Source: a virus (taxonomy: Duplodnaviria > Caudoviricetes). Taken from it: a DNA stretch of 64,000 nt. The DNA lies in the IMG/VR virus record IMGVR_UViG_3300016476_001378, one strand, 5' to 3'. Below the pieces are notes generated by a model. The model did no database searches. It was not told the DNA's origin and saw nothing but the letters and a program-made list of their open reading frames with translations. A program made the translations under genes and the position numbers. Position 1 is the first letter of the stretch; the number at the start of each line of letters is the position of its first letter. Positions 11,501-20,648 of the stretch are shown here, one piece after another.

Positions 11501-12351
11501 TCAGAAAGCCCAGATTGTTTCTTCAAGGCCATTGTTAATTGCAGCATGTTTGCAACAAACAAATCCGATAATCTGCTTCCTGTTGGATAAGTTAAATTTG
11601 CAAGAAGAGAATCTATTTCTGTGTGAGTTAGTGTGCCCTTGTTTGACAAATTATTATGATCAATTTGAGGCAATCTTTCAACAGGTATTGTGCCTGTTGT
11701 AATCTTTGATGCGTCTAAGTTGGATAAATACTCGCCAGAAAGCTTGCCCTGGACATGAGCCCCTAAATCAATTGGACTTGGATTTCTAGTTCCACCAATG
11801 TGCTTATGTGCATTGATTCTATTGTTTAAGGTATTAAACAGGCTAATTACAACACGGCCATTGTCTGCATCATTTGCAATTGCAAAAACATAATTACCTG
11901 CATCTGAAACACTTACTGTTACAGCCCCAAGTCCTATGTAATAATTAGGGTTGTTTATTTCGATTAAAGATGCAACAAATGTAACTGTACTTAATTCTGG
12001 AGTTGTTGAATCAGGGGTTGCATAAATCCAAAATTTAGCTGGGAAGCTAGATGTTGAGATTGGTAATTCAAGTGAGAAATTTGAAGTTGTCTTAGCATAC
12101 TTCCAAGCAACATGTCCTTCGCCTGGTGTAATTGTTACAGATAAAGATGTTAAATCGCTAGGCTCTACTATTCTCCAAGAGGAGCCAGAATTTGTCAAAT
12201 TATCTTCAAGCACACCATTGCCAAAGATCTTATAGAGATGAAGCAGATTGTTTTCCAGCGCAAGAAATCTGCGCTGATCCATATCTAAAATTTCACCTGT
12301 TCTATCTGCTGGTTCTAAATAACCAAACCCGTAAATGCTTGTTTTCTTCAT
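8560..12351 (-). CDS. Tail fibre/receptor-binding-like protein with NHL-type beta-propeller, 1263 aa
   Basis: Fibre-shaft-like motifs (AHKHIGG, LDASKITTGTIPVERLP) and NHL-like blades (LEKPRDVFILNNQHIVIADTYNDRVVEVD; ITHPVGLNFTENGDLLVSE). Confidence 0.7.
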   Translation of the reverse strand: MKKTSIYGFGYLEPADRTGEILDMDQRRFLALENNLLHLYKIFGNGVLEDNLTNSGSSWRIVEPSDLTSLSVTITPGEGHVAWKYAKTTSNFSLELPISTSSFPAKFWIYATPDSTTPELSTVTFVASLIEINNPNYYIGLGAVTVSVSDAGNYVFAIANDADNGRVVISLFNTLNNRINAHKHIGGTRNPSPIDLGAHVQGKLSGEYLSNLDASKITTGTIPVERLPQIDHNNLSNKGTLTHTEIDSLLANLTYPTGSRLSDLFVANMLQLTMALKKQSGLSEIDKNLINAILYLPGYNSDDSFVAYYSTWSADGLTAVEAPYVPTTLALATIDKTNHRIIGGNPTAISSDSLFWKSDTDFTNAFNATNTLANDKSEHIEIINTGDPAYFTLLQPYRFGVISNPETSSLYGSGIFSTSRGWTFAFVNEFNNPNDANQYDVATYLFLTFKDSTGNVLARDFSNLNKFAISYAIASASSNVSVYFVVESGGTAVNFNSSNTSISSINITPKSVLYTLESTGSDEDIATFDLDTFFATLVSQRQRVIGMGFYWINDRDINIQLKDADLNANSGKLSSQADLKRAQYARINGIDEESIAPAPDSAMFVWNTLYFYDNGQLIFRFNDSSGTPIFSNVTAEVTGDSNGATVSISTRVAASESALNSSGFIPVDATTGIISSTNNAGNWIDIKVRLETSSDKQSAPSVQLVGLFYIRAGESADKTWDTQDEFINQGRTFTNVGVTIDPDIFGDNTADEAYLELTNTSEVGNYKFLKFTAEGHGFFYDADGSAETSIYTGMNADVASGGLYTTPVQAWSQSVANGLEKPRDVFILNNQHIVIADTYNDRVVEVDESGYFVRAIQGNVRLKRNQRDLVALTAQYNPRLGKMWISFSQYVTYDPAKAAKITVQSGDQVVTFDNTGRTNDNQVTVTLFKPLTYASGAGNGGPDNLNGVSWTGQKTATLEVQFTGTLKDQLNSWLANEFYLNIETDTNTANNVIKSDGNDGVAYTTPSSSTDKNDGTDLPAYVDGTTKLYKNVGGTGKFKSEEFVSFKGLIKDTVVTVEGDFNDNSTNTDTLMGPDGNTPVRIKVFVGEVVFDNLYSPLSIQVIESDQWVVASVGEYSVNRYDSYGTNIESKRIPYTTVRFLEGRGGSAYLMTIGSNLAYRNLLIAAPSQTNDNGKVLLISQNPTNNLLLSSFTTEGVDAVRAMPDYDKVHYWVALDDVVNGGISSRVVKYDSAGNVKLDWGGQVITHPVGLNFTENGDLLVSE

Positions 12352-12372
12352 TTAGCAATAAGACCTTATTTG

Positions 12373-12588
12373 TTAGCTGTCTTTATATTGTGATGTAATA
12401 GTATCTAGCCCCCAAACAGATTCACCCCATCTGAAATCTTTACTATTTTTACTTAAATTGTAATCTTGGGGTAGAGGTATTCTACCTGTCTGGACATTAA
12501 TAGCCGAGCCATCTGGAAAGTGAACATCTGGTACTGTTTGTCTAATCTGATTCGCGACAACATCAGATAGAGTTTTAAATCTAGGCAT
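12373..12588 (-). CDS. Small hypothetical protein, 71 aa
   Basis: Fills the gap between two co-oriented genes. Aromatic C-terminal FRWGESVWG. Confidence 0.65.
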   Translation of the reverse strand: MPRFKTLSDVVANQIRQTVPDVHFPDGSAINVQTGRIPLPQDYNLSKNSKDFRWGESVWGLDTITSQYKDS

Positions 12589-12598
12589 CTATTTATTC

Positions 12599-15500
12599 TT
12601 AAGTTATTTGCGGGAAATAACTTCCTTCTACTCTGGCTGTTATTAAATTTTTCTCTACATCTATAGCGTAACTGACAGAACTATAGATATATTCTTCAGT
12701 TGTGTCTAATTCTACTCCACCTGCAAATGATTTTATTTTAAATTTACCATAAGACTTCAATGGCTTTGTGACATAAACATTTACAGATAAAGATTGAAAA
12801 GTTTTTCGTGCAACGTTTTCTCTTGCATCAAAAATTTGTTTTCCAAGTATTTTAGACTGTATCAAACCTGGGTTTGGTGACAAGTCATTATAATAATCAT
12901 CTTTATTGAAGCCAACGTAACCCAAAACTTCTTGATATTGAACATTGGGGCCGACCAGTGCATTTAATCTGGCAAATGCAGAATCACCTACAGCTTGAGT
13001 TATAAATTCATTATTAGAATCAAAAATAGATGGATAACCATCAAAGTTTTGATGAATCAAAACAACTTGAGAGTGAAGATTGTTGACAGCGGTTTCTTCT
13101 ATCCAACCGTCAGATGTTGCCAAGCCATGCAACCCTTCAGGGTTTGAATTTACAAGATAAGTTATACCCTGACCATCTATTGCTGCATCTCCTGCAAAAA
13201 ATAATTCTTCTGCATTGTCAACACCTCTAGTCGTGAGCTCAAATAATTCTTTTTCAGGATTCCAATAAATCACAGGAAGATTACTTGCCAAATTTGACCC
13301 AGAGGGGCTTGAAACGTGAATCATCATTGAAAGTAAGGGCTGGACGATGTCTTTGATCTTCTTATCTCTAGATGCAGAAATCACACGGCTAGATAACGCA
13401 TTTTGATATTGAGGCAAGCCTGTGTATTGATTAAAATAAATGTCATAAAGCACATCAAAGTCAGATACTCGACTTCTTGGCACGTAATATTTTGCAAGAC
13501 CAGCAAATTCAAAACAATCCTCTAAAATATATTGATAAGTTCTAAAATGTAATGAGACTGGGTTGGATACATTAAAGTGTATTCCAGAAAGCAACGTGTC
13601 TCCAATGTCATCACACTTGACTTCTACTTCATAAGAATCAGGCTTTCTTACAACTTTGACACCCTTTGTCATGCCCTGGAAGAAAGTATGTTTATCATTG
13701 CCATAGCCAGCTTTTAGAGTAAATGTGAGAATGTTTTCTTGTAAGGCATTTAGAATCTGTCTGCCTATCAGATCATTTGTCATATTTTTAAAAGTCAAAG
13801 TTGCACTTGCTTTTCTGTACGACAAGTTCTTGCCCTCAAAATCTTCATCTATTCTTGCGCTTACCAAATAACCTGTAACATCAGAATATTCGCCCCATAA
13901 TGGCTTGTTAATACCTGAAACTTTTTTATCAGTAACAGTTGTGTAGTTCCTTAGGTAGAAGAATACAGGCCCCTCTATTGTTGTATTGTATGTAACAACA
14001 CCATCGATAGAATATCTTGGATTTTGTGGGCGTGAATTATCTTGAGCCCTATTTAATTCACGATAATAAAACTCAGGATTTTTAACATAATCAGCGTCTT
14101 TAATTACTCCGCCCTCGCCATCATTTATTCTTCTCCAGTCAGAATAATATGTAGGGGCCTCTTTTGTATTTTGTCTCAAGTCAGAAGCTGGATCATTATA
14201 AACATTAGTTGGATTTTTGCGTGTAAGAAGATCTGTATTTAAGGCAGTTTCTGTAAATGTATCAACACCAACAGCAACATCGCCATGGATTTTAATTTTG
14301 CCATAGCCCTGTGTGCCAGTAATAGAAATTCCAGAAAATGATTCTGTATTTGTGGCATTCACTTCTTCGTAATTTAAATTATCAAAACAGATTGGAGAAT
14401 AAGTGTAAGAGCATTGCAAATTTGTAAATAAAATCTGAATCATAGAGTCTTGTGGAATTCTACATTCGAAATATTCACTATAGTTTGTTTGATTGGCTTC
14501 AGATTTTAATTTAAAAGGCTCAATAGAATTCCAAGTAGACACATCTGGATCAAAACCAATGTACATATTGGGGCCAGCGAAATGAACAAATACATCAAAT
14601 TCAGTAGAATTGTTTAAGCCTAAAGTATTGCCTTGTAATTCTATTTCATCGAAAGATCCACTAAGTGGATTCTCATATCTTAAAAATGTTCTATTGGTTT
14701 GCAAGAAAATACTAAAATGTGAAACATATTTAGACTTGCCAGGCTTGCCAAAGTTAATTACAATTGAGCTATTTTCTGGTGTTGAATCAGAGCCATCAAT
14801 AAAAGCTGAAGGCTTTGTGTGATTAAATCTTAACCAAAAACCGCAATTGACTCCGCCTCTGGCTTGAACAACCTTCGGAGCTACCGCAACATTGCCAACT
14901 TTAGAGAAATAAATATTAGGTGATTCATACAGAAGGTCATCAGCAATGGGAAAAATTCTTTTGACTAAACACTTTGTATTTTGTGCGTGTACTGTAACTT
15001 GGCTGCCAGTTCCATTGTATTGGGTGCTTATGTGAGCATACCCATTTGGCTCATAGTTTGTTACGCCTAAATTGACAAAAAATGTTTTGATAAAATCTGT
15101 GCTTGTGACTTGTTGCCAAATGTTATAAGTCTTTCTGGCAGTAAGCCCAGTATAAGGAGCTCTTTTATAAAATGGGATAAAACCACTGCCGCCTGTTCTT
15201 AAGATTTGGTCATCTAAAACATTATTTGGCGTATTTGTAATAGATTCTGTCAGACGTTGTTCAATTATCGGGGAGCCTGCGGGAACCACGTATGCAGCTG
15301 TGCTAAATTTTGACTTTGAAGCACCAGATAATAAATTAAGTACAGGATGCTCCATCCCTGGGCCTATAGCACCTTCGCCAAAGGTACAGGCAGGAGCCCC
15401 AATATTAAGATTGAGCTTTGGAATAATACCGCCAGATCCAGATGCTAAAGTTGCTAATTTTTTAGAAAATGTAGATCTTTCTATCTGGTGTGTGTAAGTG

Positions 15501-15643
15501 GCGGTGATTGTGTTGGTTTTATCTTTTTGCTGTCTAAATCTTGATTGAACAGACTGAATAGAACCAATTTCTGGCAAATTGACTGCACCTATAACGCAAC
15601 TAATATTTAACGGTTTTGGCGCAGTTGGATCTGTACTTGCCAT
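12599..15643 (-). CDS. Putative baseplate hub/tail-tip protein, 1014 aa
   Basis: C-terminal half has a hub-like pattern (DVTGYLVSARIDE..ASATLTFKN..LKAGYG..FFQG..YEVEVKCDD). SD GAGGA upstream. Confidence 0.55.
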   Translation of the reverse strand: MASTDPTAPKPLNISCVIGAVNLPEIGSIQSVQSRFRQQKDKTNTITATYTHQIERSTFSKKLATLASGSGGIIPKLNLNIGAPACTFGEGAIGPGMEHPVLNLLSGASKSKFSTAAYVVPAGSPIIEQRLTESITNTPNNVLDDQILRTGGSGFIPFYKRAPYTGLTARKTYNIWQQVTSTDFIKTFFVNLGVTNYEPNGYAHISTQYNGTGSQVTVHAQNTKCLVKRIFPIADDLLYESPNIYFSKVGNVAVAPKVVQARGGVNCGFWLRFNHTKPSAFIDGSDSTPENSSIVINFGKPGKSKYVSHFSIFLQTNRTFLRYENPLSGSFDEIELQGNTLGLNNSTEFDVFVHFAGPNMYIGFDPDVSTWNSIEPFKLKSEANQTNYSEYFECRIPQDSMIQILFTNLQCSYTYSPICFDNLNYEEVNATNTESFSGISITGTQGYGKIKIHGDVAVGVDTFTETALNTDLLTRKNPTNVYNDPASDLRQNTKEAPTYYSDWRRINDGEGGVIKDADYVKNPEFYYRELNRAQDNSRPQNPRYSIDGVVTYNTTIEGPVFFYLRNYTTVTDKKVSGINKPLWGEYSDVTGYLVSARIDEDFEGKNLSYRKASATLTFKNMTNDLIGRQILNALQENILTFTLKAGYGNDKHTFFQGMTKGVKVVRKPDSYEVEVKCDDIGDTLLSGIHFNVSNPVSLHFRTYQYILEDCFEFAGLAKYYVPRSRVSDFDVLYDIYFNQYTGLPQYQNALSSRVISASRDKKIKDIVQPLLSMMIHVSSPSGSNLASNLPVIYWNPEKELFELTTRGVDNAEELFFAGDAAIDGQGITYLVNSNPEGLHGLATSDGWIEETAVNNLHSQVVLIHQNFDGYPSIFDSNNEFITQAVGDSAFARLNALVGPNVQYQEVLGYVGFNKDDYYNDLSPNPGLIQSKILGKQIFDARENVARKTFQSLSVNVYVTKPLKSYGKFKIKSFAGGVELDTTEEYIYSSVSYAIDVEKNLITARVEGSYFPQIT

Positions 15644-15686
15644 TTTTTATTCCTCTCACAATAAATCTATTTACTGCTGTTTTGTT

Positions 15687-16232
15687 TTAATTTTTAGGTG
15701 CAATAACCATAGACATGGCCTTGCCATCCAAAACTGCTGGCTTTTCTATAATAGATATTTCTGATGTAGCTTCCACAATCCTGTTAATTAATTTTTCTGC
15801 GAATTCTGGATAAGCTATTTCGCGGCCTTTGAACTTAATTAAAATCTTAACTTTGTCTCCATGTTTGAGAAATTTAATAGCATTATTGACTTTCACTTTA
15901 AAGTCATGCTCTTCAATGCTCATGCCAAAGTTTAAAATTTTTAAATCAGATTGCTTGGAAGAATTATGTAAATCTCTTTGCTTTTTCGATTGTTGATATT
16001 TATATTTGCCATAATCAACAATTTTACAAACTGGCGGTGTGGCGGTCGGAGCAATTTCAACCAGATCTAAACTAAGCTCCCTTGCCATGTCAAGTGCCTT
16101 ATTTGCACTTACCACACCCTTTTGCTCACCATTCTCATCAATTAAACGAACTTCTCGCAGCTTTGGGAGGTTATTGAAAAATCTCAAAATTTGTTCGTTA
16201 ATTCGTGGTTCTTGCAAATCTCTATCTGTCAT
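15687..16232 (-). CDS. infC: Translation initiation factor IF-3 (phage-encoded)
   Basis: INEQI, EVRLIDENGEQ.GVV, LDLVEIAP.A.PPVCKIVDYGKYKY and HDF.VK....KFL..GDKVK..I.F.GRE motifs. Full two-domain length, ATG start, SD AAGGA. Confidence 0.96.
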   Translation of the reverse strand: MTDRDLQEPRINEQILRFFNNLPKLREVRLIDENGEQKGVVSANKALDMARELSLDLVEIAPTATPPVCKIVDYGKYKYQQSKKQRDLHNSSKQSDLKILNFGMSIEEHDFKVKVNNAIKFLKHGDKVKILIKFKGREIAYPEFAEKLINRIVEATSEISIIEKPAVLDGKAMSMVIAPKN

Positions 16233-16274
16233 CTAATTTCCTTTTAAGTAAGTTATAGTTTTATATTACAAAAA

Positions 16275-19200
16275 TTAATCGGCAATCTTATAAAGTGCCG
16301 ATACCGACCCGCCAGCATAAATCTGGCGACCAACCAATTCACCCGATAATAATCTATAATAAATAAACAAAGAGCCAGCATTTTGACCAGAATTGCTAAT
16401 AAAAAATCCTGGAGCTTGCACAGGCACATCTGATTCTTCTAAATTTGTAGAATTTAAAATCAAGAAACCTTTATTGACCATTTCTCTAAAACTAGGATGG
16501 GCTTTGTTAGTTTCTTTATTATTTATTGGATTTATATTTCTATTTCCGCCTACCATTGTAATGTAATTAGTGACATAGCTCTGGAATCCGCTTGCACAAG
16601 ATACATGTGCCATGAAAATTTTACCTGCACACCAATAGGCTACATAAATAACTTTTGTTTTCTCATAATAATATAAAACAGGGCAAAAAACATTTAAGTA
16701 AACATTGCCAGTTGTTGCAGTCGCCATGTCAACTAATGCAAATGGCCTTGGCCCCAAATTATTAAGTGAAGAAATCACCAAGCCTGTAATTTCATTAGCC
16801 CTGCCTTCAAGTACATAAGCAACCATTACATTGCCATACTGATCGATTGTTATGCCTGGATGCGTTGACAATACATTTAATCCACTAAGGGAATTTGAAT
16901 AAACTATAGGTTCTTTTTTATCATAAATAATAGTAGAAGCTATATCAGAAGGCCCGTCTAATACATAAGTATAGCCTTTTATCAAATAAGAATCTGTTTC
17001 TGCAGTTGCAGCACTCAACAAAGATACCTTTTTCATAACAAGGGCGCCGGGATTCGCCAGGCCCACAACGTAAACATGCTTGTCCAAAGACGAATAAGCA
17101 ATGCTCATCTTGTCAATGTTTTTAGAAATTTTTAATACAATGCTATTCAAATCGGCAGAAAATCCATCAATTGTTGGAGTTTTCCAAGTATTTAAGAGGC
17201 CCCCATTTGCACTAACAAGCGATTTCAAATAAGCGTTATTTGCATCAGAATTTTCTGTTGCAATGACCAATGCAGACCTTTGACCATTTGTTGAATTGTA
17301 ATCAATATTTAATAAACTTGGATTTTCGCCCGAAAGAATATTTGCAACATTGTTATATAATCCCGTAACCAAACCCTGAAACTGAGGTAAATTCAAGGGA
17401 TCATTTAGTTTATATTGAACCACTTGATTTGTGTCAGATAAAATGTTTACAGTGTCAGATTTTTTAGAATTTGCAGCTATGTGTGTTGTATTTTCTAGTC
17501 CAATTTCTATTGCAGCAATTTTTTCCTCTGCAACTTCATCTTCTGCTCCTAATACCGTTCTGACTCCAAGCGTTCCAAAGTCATTCTGCAAAAATGGATT
17601 ACCCTTAATAAAAACCTCTGTACCCTTGGGCATGTTTATGTACCAAGTAGGAGAATAAACTGCGCCGCTTACTATGTAATCATCTTCAGTTGCCATGAAT
17701 TGTGTGAAATTCATAGTATTTGTATCACCTACAAACCAAAACTGCTGCGAATCCAGCGAGGTGCTTGGTATTATCTGCAAATCCTCATAATATCTGGTTC
17801 CAGAACTAGATGGTTCGGTGAGATTTAATTTCAAAATACTGGAATCTGTAGTTGTGACAGTTATGGTGTTAATTCTAACGCCCAGAGGTTTTGCTTTTAG
17901 CTTTTCTGTTATAATGTCTAATTCTTCTTGTGTTATCTCTGCCCCATTTGAAGAATAAGGGTAAACATATAGTCTGAAAACAAGCTGGGATTGTTCACCA
18001 CTCACATAGAATGGATAATTTATGGTTGTTTGATAAGTTGTATTCGACACATTGTCTGTCAAAAATGGAGAAACAAATAGTCTTTCTGTTATAGTGCCAT
18101 AAACATCAACAAAGAAAGCCATTATTCTATAGCTATAACGCTTTCTCGACGTATCAGCATCTATGTCAAAGCCTATCTGTACAGTCCATGATCCGGTGTT
18201 AACCTTAGCTCCTGTAAAAGTATTTCCAGTTGTAACAAAATCTACAAAATAAACAACACTCTTATCGTTTGTTAAAGCATAATCTGGAGTTTCAATGTAA
18301 ATTTTTAATTGATCTAAATTTGAAGGGGCCAAGATTAATAAATTATTGTAAGAAATACCAAATGGATTAGTGGTTGAATTTATTTTGTTAAAATTCTCTT
18401 CATATTTAACAAATTCATTTGGCAAACTGGAATATGTAATACCATTGTATTGCTTATTATTTAGGTTTATTACAGTGTCTTCCAAAGGCTGATAAGTAGC
18501 ATTTGTAAAATCATAATAACGCGATGCGCTTAAAGTACCTGGTGTGTTTTTTAATAAAGTAGTTTCTAGTCTAGTAACAGTAGGATCTATTTGAATCTCA
18601 ATTGAGGGTGGATTAATTCTATTTATAGCAACAGGATCTACAGTCCCCGTGGGGTATGTAAGAGCGTAGATGGCTACGACAATGTTTGTCGTAGGTGAGG
18701 TGAAAGGACTAGAATAAACATTATTTCTGTCTATCAACCCATCTGTAAATTTGATAACATCAAAATCAGTAAAATCTTGCGGCAATGGTGCAGATACAAT
18801 TAAATCATCTAGGTTTTGAGGTGTGCCTATAACTGTTTTTGTAGATGTGCCACTTGCAGTTTCATAAGTTTTAAAAATAATTTCGGTTCCAGCACCTCTA
18901 TGCTGATGTGGGTTTTCTGGATTGACCTCAGCAGTGCCTGGATGGAACCACATTCTAAGAAATAAATGGGTATTGACAGCATAATTTGTATCTACAGAAC
19001 GTCCTTTGAAATGAAATTTAAATATGCCTTTGCGGAATGAGATACTTGATCCATAAAGATCGTCCTGTGTTGGGTTGATTGTAAAAAAGGCTATGGGGTC
19101 TAAATTCAATGGATTCTGCAAACTTTGTGAATAATATCTAATGATATTGGATGTTGCTGCAGAAGATGAGCCTGTAGTATTTAATTCAAGTGTTGTTTTT

Positions 19201-20639
19201 TCAGTATAAAGCTCGCCCAAGAATGGTTGGCCAGCAGTTAATGCACCAGTGTTTTCATTCTTCTGAATGATTCTATACCAAGACTTAGATGTCGCACTTG
19301 AATCATAGAATATCCAAGGAGAAGGCTGAAAATCAGAAATTGCAATTGTGTCTTGGACATCAAATTCATAAAATAATTGCCAGTCATCTGTTTCAAGAGG
19401 CTGAGTTGAAGAATTAAACTTCTGAATAGTTATTCTAGTTGTTGAACTTAAAATAATAGCATTGCCAACCCTTACCAATCTTCCTGTGAGTCCAGAAATT
19501 GTATTTGGAGTCAGATAAAAAATTGATGTTTGTTTACCTAAAATGGGGCCCACAAAAATTACTATAATCCAGGAAGGGTTGTTAATATCAGCGAGTAAGC
19601 CCGCCAATGAGCCACTCACGCTACCTAGTCCATACTGCGGGAATCCAGCTATTAGAAATCTAATGTTGATAGAATGTGCAAAGCCCCTTGTTTTTATTAA
19701 ATCATCTGGAGTAAAAACTTTGACACTGTAGGTTGGGTCTGAATTGTTGTTTGGCCAATAATATTGGCTCATGGTATTTTGTGCAGTTATTTTAAAATCA
19801 ATAGGTATTGCATAAGACAAAAGTTTACATGGCAAATTCGCGTCTGGAATATTGCAGCGGACAGCATTAAAGAACATTACCTTTCTCAAGTAAAGCTTAA
19901 CCGCTATCCCGGAATTGACAATTCTAACTCTGTCAATTACTTTATAGTCATTGACAATGGTAGTTGTACCAAACCTAACAGTTGTTGTTTTAAATGAATC
20001 ATTGGATTCAAATTTATTGTAATAATAACCCGATGTCTGTAACTCAGAATTGTCAGCTGGATAAAATGTACCTGCGGCATCATCCTCGCCAGCGACATAA
20101 ACTTTGATTTTTGTAAAAACGTATTTACTCCAATCAATATCCATGATGACACTGGCGCCGCTTAAAAATGCTCGTACTTTATCAATGTCTGATTGTGCAT
20201 TTTCTGCAGCAGATTCTTCCATTAACCCTATAAGGGCTGGGTCTGCAATGTCTACAAGCAAATTATATTGCAGTGTGATAGCTGAAATTCTAACAGGAAT
20301 TTTAAATTGGGCTTGCCAATAAAAGTCGGTACTTTTTAATGAATAGTCATCATTGACAATTGAAACAAATTTATTTGGAGTTTGTAATTTTCTAAAAGCC
20401 CTATTAATTGGATTATAAGGAGACAAAGTGCCAGAAGAATTTTTTGCATACTCTGTTGCAACTACAGTGCTGTCTGTATTGCTGACATAATAATCATTTC
20501 TAAATCTGCCACGAGTCAGTGTAAGAAAATTCCAACCAAGCCCAACAGTGCCACCTGCACTTGGATTATTTCTTGGCACCCATTTAAATTTTCCATCTGC
20601 TGGCACTCGGCCAGGATTTTCATAAGGATCGTATGGCAT
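16275..20639 (-). CDS. Large virion structural protein, 1454 aa
   Basis: Long S/T/N-rich beta ORF in the tail block, with an FN3-like segment (FYDSSATSKSWYRII) and a propeller-like C-terminus. Confidence 0.7.
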   Translation of the reverse strand: MPYDPYENPGRVPADGKFKWVPRNNPSAGGTVGLGWNFLTLTRGRFRNDYYVSNTDSTVVATEYAKNSSGTLSPYNPINRAFRKLQTPNKFVSIVNDDYSLKSTDFYWQAQFKIPVRISAITLQYNLLVDIADPALIGLMEESAAENAQSDIDKVRAFLSGASVIMDIDWSKYVFTKIKVYVAGEDDAAGTFYPADNSELQTSGYYYNKFESNDSFKTTTVRFGTTTIVNDYKVIDRVRIVNSGIAVKLYLRKVMFFNAVRCNIPDANLPCKLLSYAIPIDFKITAQNTMSQYYWPNNNSDPTYSVKVFTPDDLIKTRGFAHSINIRFLIAGFPQYGLGSVSGSLAGLLADINNPSWIIVIFVGPILGKQTSIFYLTPNTISGLTGRLVRVGNAIILSSTTRITIQKFNSSTQPLETDDWQLFYEFDVQDTIAISDFQPSPWIFYDSSATSKSWYRIIQKNENTGALTAGQPFLGELYTEKTTLELNTTGSSSAATSNIIRYYSQSLQNPLNLDPIAFFTINPTQDDLYGSSISFRKGIFKFHFKGRSVDTNYAVNTHLFLRMWFHPGTAEVNPENPHQHRGAGTEIIFKTYETASGTSTKTVIGTPQNLDDLIVSAPLPQDFTDFDVIKFTDGLIDRNNVYSSPFTSPTTNIVVAIYALTYPTGTVDPVAINRINPPSIEIQIDPTVTRLETTLLKNTPGTLSASRYYDFTNATYQPLEDTVINLNNKQYNGITYSSLPNEFVKYEENFNKINSTTNPFGISYNNLLILAPSNLDQLKIYIETPDYALTNDKSVVYFVDFVTTGNTFTGAKVNTGSWTVQIGFDIDADTSRKRYSYRIMAFFVDVYGTITERLFVSPFLTDNVSNTTYQTTINYPFYVSGEQSQLVFRLYVYPYSSNGAEITQEELDIITEKLKAKPLGVRINTITVTTTDSSILKLNLTEPSSSGTRYYEDLQIIPSTSLDSQQFWFVGDTNTMNFTQFMATEDDYIVSGAVYSPTWYINMPKGTEVFIKGNPFLQNDFGTLGVRTVLGAEDEVAEEKIAAIEIGLENTTHIAANSKKSDTVNILSDTNQVVQYKLNDPLNLPQFQGLVTGLYNNVANILSGENPSLLNIDYNSTNGQRSALVIATENSDANNAYLKSLVSANGGLLNTWKTPTIDGFSADLNSIVLKISKNIDKMSIAYSSLDKHVYVVGLANPGALVMKKVSLLSAATAETDSYLIKGYTYVLDGPSDIASTIIYDKKEPIVYSNSLSGLNVLSTHPGITIDQYGNVMVAYVLEGRANEITGLVISSLNNLGPRPFALVDMATATTGNVYLNVFCPVLYYYEKTKVIYVAYWCAGKIFMAHVSCASGFQSYVTNYITMVGGNRNINPINNKETNKAHPSFREMVNKGFLILNSTNLEESDVPVQAPGFFISNSGQNAGSLFIYYRLLSGELVGRQIYAGGSVSALYKIAD

Positions 20640-20648
20640 TTTTTATAC

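Noticed and set aside
15687-16232. Host chromosomal fragment or chimeric contig at infC
   Set aside because: No thrS, rpmI or rplT neighbours, composition matches the phage genes, and spacing to flanking tail genes is tight.
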